A DNA stretch of 64,000 nucleotides from Paramoeba atlantica (lineage: Eukaryota; Protista; Discosea), in the NCBI GenBank assembly GCA_977017575.1, contig CDRNVI010000053.1, forward strand, positions 496,001 to 560,000. The letters are read 5' to 3'. The notes below the pieces were generated by a model. It did no database searches and was not told the DNA's origin. It saw only the letters and a program-made list of their open reading frames with translations. Every line of letters starts with the position of its first letter. The first letter of the stretch is position 1. Shown in pieces: positions 49,188 to 57,735 of this stretch. A program made the translations under genes and the position numbers.

Positions 49188-50225
49188 ATGAATTTTTGGG
49201 GTGCAAAGACGGAATCTCCAGCACTTGAAGAATCACGGGAAGCTGATGATACCTCGCACATACCAGACACTACGCCTGAATCCAAAGCGCGAGAGGACGC
49301 CGTTAACATCCGGAATAAACTTAGAGAAGAGCTTCGTCACAAACCGAAACCTGGTCAACACTTTTCATATGAAAAATTTTTCCGTCCCGCAGCTCGCGTT
49401 CTAATGGAACAAGCTATGGGTGAGGGAGGGGAAGGTCTGTCCCTCGTCTCCACGAATCAAACGATGAATCTCAGCACAACCACCAAGTACGTCCTTAATA
49501 ATCGCCAGACCAGCGCATGGGAAATCACCCTCCAATCTCACGGTTTCTCCGACTTCGTCAGCGCAACCTACAGCACCCTGAATCGTTACCAGCTCATGTA
49601 CCAACGCATCTTCAAAACCGGAGCCATGGGGGTCGCCCAATGGATGGTCCAACCCAGTCCCCTGGCCCCCGGTCCCGTCCCCCCGGGCAACTTCTTCGGT
49701 CTCCTCGAGTACCCCTGGCGCCCCCACGGCTGCACCGCGCTCTCCTACCTCAAAGGCCAGCACCTCGCCCTCAGCCACACCGAGCGCCCCCTCCGCGGCC
49801 TCTACCTCGGCTCCACCCTCACCTACGACCTCACCACCCACGACACCACCGCCGCCTACGCCCTCCAGTCCACCTCCCCCGACCGCAGGCACACTCTCGC
49901 CGCCGAGTACAAGTCCAACGGCGACCTGCGCCTCGCGCTGCTCCACCGCCACTGGCCCACCGACACCGAGGCCGTGCTCGAGGTCGACCTCGCGCGGCGC
50001 AAGAGCGGCGCCCGCACCTCCGGCCTCACCGCGGGCCTCCGACGAAACCTGCTCGGGGGCGGGGTGCTCAACCTCGTGGTGAGCCCTCTCGCCAAGGTCC
50101 GCGGGATGCTGGAGCTGCCGTTCGGGCAGCTGGAGCGCGGGGGGGGCCCGGTGAAGGTGGCGTATAACGTGAGTTATGACCTCCCCTCGAGCACGGTGAA
50201 ACATGGGGTGACGATTCAGATGTGA
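49188..50225 (+). CDS. ATOM40: ATOM40, kinetoplastid mitochondrial outer-membrane protein import channel (Tom40/VDAC beta-barrel family)
   Basis: WEITLQSHGFSDFVSATYSTLNRYQLMYQR..TGA, LEYPW..GCT...Y.K.Q..SH..R..RG.YLGS.L, LPFG, YD....KHG match T. brucei ATOM40 as I remember it. Confidence 0.88.
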   Translation: MNFWGAKTESPALEESREADDTSHIPDTTPESKAREDAVNIRNKLREELRHKPKPGQHFSYEKFFRPAARVLMEQAMGEGGEGLSLVSTNQTMNLSTTTKYVLNNRQTSAWEITLQSHGFSDFVSATYSTLNRYQLMYQRIFKTGAMGVAQWMVQPSPLAPGPVPPGNFFGLLEYPWRPHGCTALSYLKGQHLALSHTERPLRGLYLGSTLTYDLTTHDTTAAYALQSTSPDRRHTLAAEYKSNGDLRLALLHRHWPTDTEAVLEVDLARRKSGARTSGLTAGLRRNLLGGGVLNLVVSPLAKVRGMLELPFGQLERGGGPVKVAYNVSYDLPSSTVKHGVTIQM

Positions 50226-50230
50226 GGATC

Positions 50231-50265
50231 GGGGGTGGGGCGGGGGAGAGGGGGGGGGTTTGGGG
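50231..50265 (+). other. Canonical G-quadruplex-forming motif just after the ATOM40 stop codon
   Basis: GGGGG T GGGG C GGGGG AGA GGGGGGGGG TTT GGGG: five G-tracts with 1-3 nt loops. Confidence 0.65.
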
Positions 50266-50611
50266 TGTGGGCGATGGATTGTGCCTTGGAGGTTTTTTTT
50301 GCGTTTGAGGGGTATGTTACTGGGTGGTGCTGATTGTGATTAGGGTTGAATCGGACGGCTCTGTGAAGGAGGCTCTTTTTTTATGGAGAAGGGTGTAAGA
50401 TTTAGGGATGTTCCTGAAGTTTTGTGTTCTACTAACTTTTATTATCCTAATCTTTTCGATAGCAGGCGTTCTCTCGAAACTTTGTATTCTAGTGCACAAA
50501 TGCTGGTTTTTATTTTCTGCAATGTTTTTTTGACAAAGACAGGTATAGATGACATGTATACGTATACTTTAATTAGTGTAGAATAATACGCGCTGTACGT
50601 ATCCGTTTATT

Positions 50612-51481
50612 ATGACCGAAATTGCCAAGGATTTGTGTGCAGGCACTATGGCTGGCATGATGTGCAAGGTTGTGGAATACCCTATGGACACTGTGAAGGT
50701 TCGTCTACAGGATATGCACTGCACCTACCGGGGTACTCTAGACTGCATAGTCCGCATGTTTCGAGAGGAGGGACCACTTGGGTTTTATCGAGGTCTTCCC
50801 GCCCCGCTCTACGGGTGCATGATTGACACTGCGACCATCTTTGTCGTCTACAACGGTCTCTCCAACACATACCGCAATTGGAAGGGCAGTGCGTTGAATT
50901 CTGATCTCCCATTAGCGGGGACGGCGGCCGCGGGGTTTGGCGCCGGTCTTGCCGTCTCTGTCGTGCTCACTCCGATAGAGTTGGTCAAGTGCCGCATGCA
51001 GGTGCAGGACACACTGCCTCCGGAGAAGCAAGTCTACAAGGGGGTGTGGCATTGCGCTTGCCGGACGGTGTCCCAGGAGGGGGTACGGGGACTATTCCGG
51101 GGGTACACCTCATTTGCCGCGCGCGAGGCTCCTGGGAGTGCATTATGGTACGCAGTGTATGAGGGACTGCGTTCGTATCTTGCCCCGCACGGGGGTTCAC
51201 GCTCAGATGTACCGCTACTTGGCACTGCCATGGCCGGGGCCGCAGCGGGATTCTCGTACTGGACCGCAACCTTTCCTACAGATGTGGTAAAAACGCGAAT
51301 CCAAGTGGATCCAGAGTATGCGAATCACACCTTGAAACAAGGACTTAAGGATGTGTACCGTGAAGGGGGAGTTCGATCTCTCTACAAAGGCTGGGGTGTG
51401 ACGGTGGCTCGGGCCATGCCCTCGCACGCGTTGCTCTTTGTGACGTATGAATACTGCAAGAGGTATTTGGACACTTTGTAG
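50612..51481 (+). CDS. Mitochondrial carrier (SLC25), ornithine/basic amino-acid carrier-like
   Basis: Three signatures: YPMDTVKVRLQ, PIELVKCRMQ, FPTDVVKTRIQ; RE at contact point 2 (REAPG) as in ORT1-type carriers. Confidence 0.92.
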   Translation: MTEIAKDLCAGTMAGMMCKVVEYPMDTVKVRLQDMHCTYRGTLDCIVRMFREEGPLGFYRGLPAPLYGCMIDTATIFVVYNGLSNTYRNWKGSALNSDLPLAGTAAAGFGAGLAVSVVLTPIELVKCRMQVQDTLPPEKQVYKGVWHCACRTVSQEGVRGLFRGYTSFAAREAPGSALWYAVYEGLRSYLAPHGGSRSDVPLLGTAMAGAAAGFSYWTATFPTDVVKTRIQVDPEYANHTLKQGLKDVYREGGVRSLYKGWGVTVARAMPSHALLFVTYEYCKRYLDTL

Positions 51482-52028
51482 CGCGCTCGAGTAGTCCTTG
51501 GGGGAATCACATGATGTGGAACGCGCAGTATTGCATCGAAAGTTTGTGGCATCACACATGAATCTTTTCCTGCAAATTGTTGTTTGCTCTATCCTCTGAT
51601 TTCCTTGTTTCGTCTGATTCTTTTTTTAATTTTGTACCTTTTTTGGCTTAAATTTTTCATGGTGTTATTCATAGTGGCTGTTAAGTTCATGTTCTAGTTT
51701 GAGATAAATGGGCGGCATTGATTCTACACTACAATTCCTAGTAAAGGGTTACTAAGACTCGATATCCTTCTAATTATGTAGTAGCTTAATTATGTAATGA
51801 TTTATTACGCTAATTATGTAATAGCAAAAGGAATAACATTTACTGTACTGAATAACAATCTAAAATAATACAACGTAACAACGGACACGCTACTGTTGTA
51901 TGTTGTCCAAAATCGTACCATCAAGGGCAATGATCTTGATTTTAAATACATGTATAAATCATAGATGTATAAATTAGAGTAGGTTCTAGAGTATGGAGAT
52001 TTCCAGCCATTAAAAGCGCGGTACGAAG

Positions 52029-53066
52029 ATGCAGATACTTTCATCTACCAATGAAGACAATTCGAAGGATACACCGTTTTCCTCTTTGCGAATATTAGCG
52101 GAGTTTACGGATGGGTCATCTAAAAACGTGGAGGTAGAATCACACACGAATTTTTCTGGTGTTATTATCGATTTGATTTCCGGAACGATGGCTGGCACAA
52201 CCGCACATCTTCTCGAACACCCCTTCGACACCGTGAAAGTGCGCCTGCAAGATGAACGATGCCTCTACCGCGGACCTCTGGATGCTGTGTTCCGCATGTC
52301 ACGTCAGGAAGGCTTGTTTAGTTTTTACAGTGGTGTGCAAGCTCCACTAGTTTCCAGCTGTGTCGAGACTTCTCTTCTTTTTGCAGTATACGGCCTGCTG
52401 ACACGTACTATGCGGGATTGTTACGGATACTCAGATGTCACTGAATTGTCTCCTGTACAATTTTCACTTGCAGGGGGCGTCGCCGGTGGAGTGGTTGGGT
52501 TTGTGCTCGCCCCGCTGGATCTTGTAAAGTGTCGTCTACAAGTTCAGGACGCTCATAACCACCCTAGCCATGCGCGAACCGTCCCACACCAATACGGCGT
52601 CACGAATCCACGCTACCGGGGATTACTGCACTGCACGTTTCATGTCGCACGCAAGGAGGGTATTCGCTCGCTTTTTCGGGGCGCCACTCCAGCATTGCTA
52701 CAGCAAGCTGTAGGGACTACATTCTGGTACGGTAGCTATGAGGCGACCCGTGGAGTGCTCGCTCAACGTGAAGGCATCACACCTAGTGAACTCTCGATGA
52801 GTAAAGTCGCGTTCGCGGGTGCCGTCGCGGGGGTGTTGGATTGGGCTGTTCTGTACCCCGCTGACGTGGTTGCTACACGCATGCGAGTAAATCCGCAATA
52901 CTCTACACACTCCGTCCGTGGTGTGTTTCAGGCAGTATATCGCGAAGGAGGTGTGCGAGCACTCTACAAAGGGTGTGGAATTACCATTGTTCGCGCAATT
53001 CCTGCCCATGCGCTGTTATTCGTGACATATGAGTGGTCTCGTAAACACTTGGAGAGAATTCTTTGA
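52029..53066 (+). CDS. Second mitochondrial carrier, diverged tandem paralog
   Basis: HPFDTVKVRLQD, PLDLVKCRLQVQ, YPADVVATRMRV; collinear with 50612-51481; true start uncertain. Confidence 0.88.
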   Translation: MQILSSTNEDNSKDTPFSSLRILAEFTDGSSKNVEVESHTNFSGVIIDLISGTMAGTTAHLLEHPFDTVKVRLQDERCLYRGPLDAVFRMSRQEGLFSFYSGVQAPLVSSCVETSLLFAVYGLLTRTMRDCYGYSDVTELSPVQFSLAGGVAGGVVGFVLAPLDLVKCRLQVQDAHNHPSHARTVPHQYGVTNPRYRGLLHCTFHVARKEGIRSLFRGATPALLQQAVGTTFWYGSYEATRGVLAQREGITPSELSMSKVAFAGAVAGVLDWAVLYPADVVATRMRVNPQYSTHSVRGVFQAVYREGGVRALYKGCGITIVRAIPAHALLFVTYEWSRKHLERIL

Positions 53067-53117
53067 TTTATCACTAGTCCATCCAACAAAAGTAGACGCA
53101 TTTCTTAGAAATGGGTC

Positions 53118-53170
53118 TACTAGTAGAAATTACTAGTAGAAAGATTACTAGTAGAAAGATTCTACTAGAT
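53118..53170 (+). repeat. 15-bp tandem repeat, about 3.5 copies
   Basis: TACTAGTAGAAAT / TACTAGTAGAAAGAT / TACTAGTAGAAAGAT / TCTACTAGAT. Confidence 0.7.
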
Positions 53171-53323
53171 TCTAATAAATCTAACAGGTTCAAATAGGAG
53201 CTAATAAACTGAAAGTCGGTATTGTACTTAATAATGGATATCCATGGGGATATTAAAGGAAGAAACACAATGAAACACTAAATTTTAGTTAGTTTTTATT
53301 TATACAATTTTGTCGACACAATC

Positions 53324-53779
53324 ATGACAATAGAGTTTGAGCCCTGCGTAGAAGACTTCTATTCTTTTGAAGAGATACCTGAAGGTTCTCTTCTTATTCT
53401 TCTTCAAGTTGGTTTCGCCGGTTGCTTATCTATCGCTCTTCTCCTTGGCATGATTTCATTGATTCGACACCAATGTTTTTGTCGCGCATGGAGGAATGTA
53501 CTATGTGTAGTGGCTGGAGTGCCTATTTTCTTTACAATACTAGATAGATTGCGACAGTACCTCATAACAATGGCCAATTCTACAATTTTGATGCTTTCAA
53601 TTTCTCAAATGGAACAGAAATGGCGCGAGAGCATAACACTTCAGAATTCTTTACTACTAGGGATTATGTTTTCCGTTGCAGGCTTCTTTGCGAGTTTGGA
53701 ATGTCATTTAAAATACGTATCACTGCATCTAGAGAAACCCCCTGTTAAGACTTCATCGAAAACAACAGGTTCTTTATAA
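53324..53779 (+). CDS. Small membrane protein with three hydrophobic segments (weakly BAP31/Bap29-like)
   Basis: 151-aa ORF with three hydrophobic stretches; family assignment is tentative. Confidence 0.6.
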   Translation: MTIEFEPCVEDFYSFEEIPEGSLLILLQVGFAGCLSIALLLGMISLIRHQCFCRAWRNVLCVVAGVPIFFTILDRLRQYLITMANSTILMLSISQMEQKWRESITLQNSLLLGIMFSVAGFFASLECHLKYVSLHLEKPPVKTSSKTTGSL

Positions 53780-53831
53780 GCAGTAAAATCCATTATGCTG
53801 AAAATATCATTGTTGTCTACAATGCTGTATA

Positions 53832-54550
53832 CAGGGGGGATCACCAATATCGGGACACCTCCCATTTTTGTACCATGTGTCCGTTTCACCTGATTTTTGT
53901 TGCAAAAGAGATATCTCGACGCGAATATGATCCGAACGACATTTGGCGCCTATTTAAACACACTTGTAAAAAATGGTATAAAAAAAATAAAAAACAATCT
54001 CCAAAAAATATGCAAATTTATGTAAAAATTGTGCAAATCCCGTTAAAATTGTCTATTAAAGGATACAATTCTATCCCCCGAGCATACATCCTACTTTAAG
54101 TCACCTGACTTAAACTTGATAGAAAACTTGTGGTCAATCATGCATGACTACATTCATAGTTCTTTGCGTCCGAAAAATAGGCATGAATTTCGAGAGGCCA
54201 TACCCAAGGCTATTGAATATCTCCTAACCGAAAAGCGGGATATCCTAGAGAAGACTCTGAAGAGCCTCCCAAAACGGTTAGAAGAGTTACGAAAGTGTAA
54301 CGGAGGGATTATTTCATACTAAATAACTTTTTCAATGCTTTTTAAGACATTTTTATCCACATTTTCAAATGTGCAAATTTTGAAAAAAATCGTTTTTGTC
54401 ATACACACCCTACTTTTTAGGTGTTTAAATAGGCGCAAAATGTCGTTCCGATCATATTCGCGTCGAGATCTCTCTTTTGCAACAAAAATCAGGTGAAACG
54501 GACACATGGCACAAAAATGGCGGGTGTCCCGATATTGGTGATCCCCCCTG
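53832..54550 (+). mobile_element. Internally deleted Tc1-family transposon (719 bp) with 130-bp TIRs
   Basis: TA at 53830-31 and 54551-52. TIRs 53832-53961 and 54421-54550 (CAGGGGGGATCACCAATATCGGGACACC...) match at 124 of 130 positions by hand count. The interior encodes a transposase C-terminus. Confidence 0.95.
54101..54322 (+). pseudogene. C-terminal fragment of a Tc1/IS630 DDE transposase
   Basis: SPDLNLIENLWSIM...KSLPKRLEELRKCNGGIISY* matches the Tc1 SPDLNPIENLW motif (catalytic Glu) and the typical ..SMP.R...V....GG...Y* terminus. Confidence 0.9.
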
Positions 54551-54932
54551 TATATTGCAGTACAGTGCTGAAAATGCTGTGTTAGTATAATTTATACTAA
54601 CAATCTTTATAATAAGATTCTTGTGGTGCACTATATCATTTTGTTCTTGCATAAGAATTCTCATACACTTGTATGAGATATACTCGTATAAAACTCTTCC
54701 CAGAAATTTATTCCTTACGCTTCTTTAAAGACAGACAATAGGGAAAGGTACAGGAAGTTGAATTTTTGATACATTAATAATTTATTTTATATGTTTTTGA
54801 GTTGTTCACACAGTTAAAAGTGACTACATTTCTAAAACGGAGTACGACTTTCGTTACATGGTTCCCAATTCGTGTATATGAATAAAGCCTACATTTTTCT
54901 GCATTACTTTTCATTGGTATTGATTTAGATCA

Positions 54933-55973
54933 ATGTACCTTCGGCCGCTATGGCGCCCCGCGGTACACATCCGTGTCCCCATCGTACTTCGCGGTAACCT
55001 TGATTCGAAGTTCGATCTTTCCGACTTTGGCAACAGTTGTCATGCACCTACTCATTGCTTGACTTCTTATTCTGCAAAGTCCTCTCTCACTACTCCTTTC
55101 AGCGCACCAGTAGAAGTTGTCCCACTCGGGACATATCATGAGAAACCTCTCACTGATGAAGATATGCCCGATACGTTTTCTCTTGCGGAGAGCCAATCAG
55201 AACTTAGTCATCCACTAGAGAATGGAATGTTGGACTTTGACGGCGAATTTCTTGATGTAGCGGAGGAGGAAATGTTGCCTGAAGAGGTTGTAGGATATCC
55301 CACAACAATCGAGAGTCACGAAGACGACGACCGTGGTGTGTCTTCCGTATTCCCAACTTTCGTTGGGAATAAAGATACAACACTTCTTATCGACACGCTT
55401 TCGTCCTCTTCAGTAGATATTTTGCAGCCCTTTGACGACTCCTCCAGGAAATCAAATTCGAAATGTGTTGATAACACGACGAATTATACTTTGCTCTCAC
55501 CTAGCACGCCATACCGCGAAAATTATCCAGCGGAATTCTCCTTTGAAATTTCTTCTTCGTGCGGCATACACAACATTCAGAAGCTCTCTCTAAACGATAG
55601 ATGCGTCACATTCTCGGAGTCATCATCGCCCTGTGACTCTCTGGTTCCTGGATTTTTCTTTCCTCGTTCATTTCCACGCACCAAAGTGAAGAAATGGTGG
55701 ATGGACAATGATAGTTCACCCTACTTGGAACACATAACGGGATTCATTACTTTGCTTTCATTGAGAGCACTTTTATTGGATCTTACCCGCGAGCAGTGTC
55801 TGATGGGTTCGCAAATAGATGCACTGTCAAAAGCTAGTAGTGAAAAGCCAACAGATCGGCGTTACTTTTCTAACATGCTAAGATTACAGAGTACAGCATT
55901 AATTCTTAAGGAAACGATAAACATCGTGAAAAAACGCTTAGAAATTATAAACCGGCGTATTCTCAATCAATAG
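54933..55973 (+). CDS. Hypothetical protein, acidic/Ser-rich with C-terminal coiled-coil
   Basis: 346-aa ORF on the gene strand; no family recognised. Confidence 0.65.
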   Translation: MYLRPLWRPAVHIRVPIVLRGNLDSKFDLSDFGNSCHAPTHCLTSYSAKSSLTTPFSAPVEVVPLGTYHEKPLTDEDMPDTFSLAESQSELSHPLENGMLDFDGEFLDVAEEEMLPEEVVGYPTTIESHEDDDRGVSSVFPTFVGNKDTTLLIDTLSSSSVDILQPFDDSSRKSNSKCVDNTTNYTLLSPSTPYRENYPAEFSFEISSSCGIHNIQKLSLNDRCVTFSESSSPCDSLVPGFFFPRSFPRTKVKKWWMDNDSSPYLEHITGFITLLSLRALLLDLTREQCLMGSQIDALSKASSEKPTDRRYFSNMLRLQSTALILKETINIVKKRLEIINRRILNQ

Positions 55974-56494
55974 CGCCGATTATTGATAGCTTAGAGTTTC
56001 TGAATGAGTTATGAATGTCATACAGTAATTCGTCTTGCTATGCATTTTTGTAAACGGAATAAGTATCATATTTTTGTGCATACAGATACCCATTTTTCTT
56101 GTTTTGCTTTTATCATATCTTTTGTGGTTTATCTTTGTGGAGAAGTGTTTCATGTTTTACCTGGCTTTTCATCAATGTCGAATAATTTAAGCTGGAGATA
56201 CCGTGTGTGTGGAGATATACTACTGTAGTGTATGTGCACTGCTTAAAAATCATATTTTTTAATCAATTTAACAAAAATATGAACGAAAAGATACCTACAA
56301 GCACTCCCACCAAAGAATCTGGTCGGAATAATATCGTTTGAATATTTGTTTATAAACCTGCGCATTTTGTGTAGTCTATTTCGTTTTATCTAGTCTATAT
56401 TTTTTTATCTTTAAATATGCACTGTGCTAATGACAGTAAATGTGATACGAACCACAGTAGGCCTACTGTTTAGGAAGGACTATTTGAACAACCA

Positions 56495-57424
56495 ATGCAA
56501 AGCATATTGGCTCTGCTCAAGGAAAATCAATGGCAACTGGCCCTTAATTCGATGGGACAAATAAAAATAGCCCCAACTATTCGGACGAACGCCGAACTTA
56601 TCGCGTTGGATCAGGCTTCCCCTCTTGAATCGTCAGTGATATCAGTTTTCTTGGAAAAATTTCTCCCTTTAAAGCGTCAGGCCTTTATTTGGGGACGTAG
56701 TCCAGGGTCACCCTCCCAACCCTGTCTTAGCTTTCAAAAAAGTTTCCATCCATCAAACTGTGACGATGCACCCAAGAAAATTACCACATGGTATGATCCC
56801 GAACTACAAAACAGCTTAATGACCTCAGGCATGAAAAACACCTTGACCAATCATTTTGCTACCGTAATAAAACGGTTAGAAAAGGCCGGGATTCGCTACT
56901 GGATTACAGGTGGGACCCTTCTAGGTGCAGTAAGACATAATGGCTTCATACCATGGGATGATGACGTCGACGTATGCGTTGATGCAAATTATGAAGCCCA
57001 ACTCTGGCAAGCATTTGAGTTTCCTCGCTATCTCGAATACAACCCCTTTGTTGGATACAAAATTTATAGTGATATCGCACCTCCAGAAGTTATATCACAG
57101 ACTTGCTATGGTGTTTTTGTTGATATTTTCCTGATGAGTGCTCACAATGGATTGTCTTACATACAGACAAGAAAGAGTGCTCGGGAGACGTGGCCGAAAG
57201 AAATATGGAGTCCTTCGGAGCTGTTTCCTTTACGTCGTTATCGCTTTGAGAATTTGAATCCATGGGGTCCTGCACAACCGGAGACGTACTTGCGAAACAT
57301 GTATGGCTCCGAAGTAATGAATCTCGGCGTAGTACCGAGGGAACAACACGGTCGTTTCCTCTCAAAAAACATTTTACATATCCCTCTCTCCATATTTCCG
57401 AACCGAAAATGCAACAACGATTGA
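56495..57424 (+). CDS. LicD/fukutin-family nucleotidyltransferase-fold protein
   Basis: [26 protein letters not shown] and VDIF motifs. Confidence 0.9.
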   Translation: MQSILALLKENQWQLALNSMGQIKIAPTIRTNAELIALDQASPLESSVISVFLEKFLPLKRQAFIWGRSPGSPSQPCLSFQKSFHPSNCDDAPKKITTWYDPELQNSLMTSGMKNTLTNHFATVIKRLEKAGIRYWITGGTLLGAVRHNGFIPWDDDVDVCVDANYEAQLWQAFEFPRYLEYNPFVGYKIYSDIAPPEVISQTCYGVFVDIFLMSAHNGLSYIQTRKSARETWPKEIWSPSELFPLRRYRFENLNPWGPAQPETYLRNMYGSEVMNLGVVPREQHGRFLSKNILHIPLSIFPNRKCNND

Positions 57425-57735
57425 TCTTTTTGACCTTTTTAAAACTATTTCTTTAAAATCTAAAAATATTCCTTCGGGAGGAAGGATATTCTTTCTGTTT
57501 TAAAAGTATATTTTTTTGAAATTGAATAATGTCAATCATGTGAAGTGTGCCAAATAAATTTTCTATACTGTAACGAGCGACGTGAAAGTTAATACCTCAT
57601 TCTAATAAACAGTAGTGTATGAGTAAGATCATCTATTGGTTTTAGATAACGAACGAAAGATTGAATGGTCAGTCTTTTTATCTCGTAGCTTCTGAATCTT
57701 TTTTACGTCGTGCAACAATATCCTGCCTTTAAATT

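Noticed and set aside
49401-50204. 267-aa minus-strand ORF and 216-aa alternate-frame ORF (49517-50167) over ATOM40
   Set aside because: Shadow ORFs produced by extreme GC3; low-complexity Ala/Gly/Pro/Arg translations with no motif.
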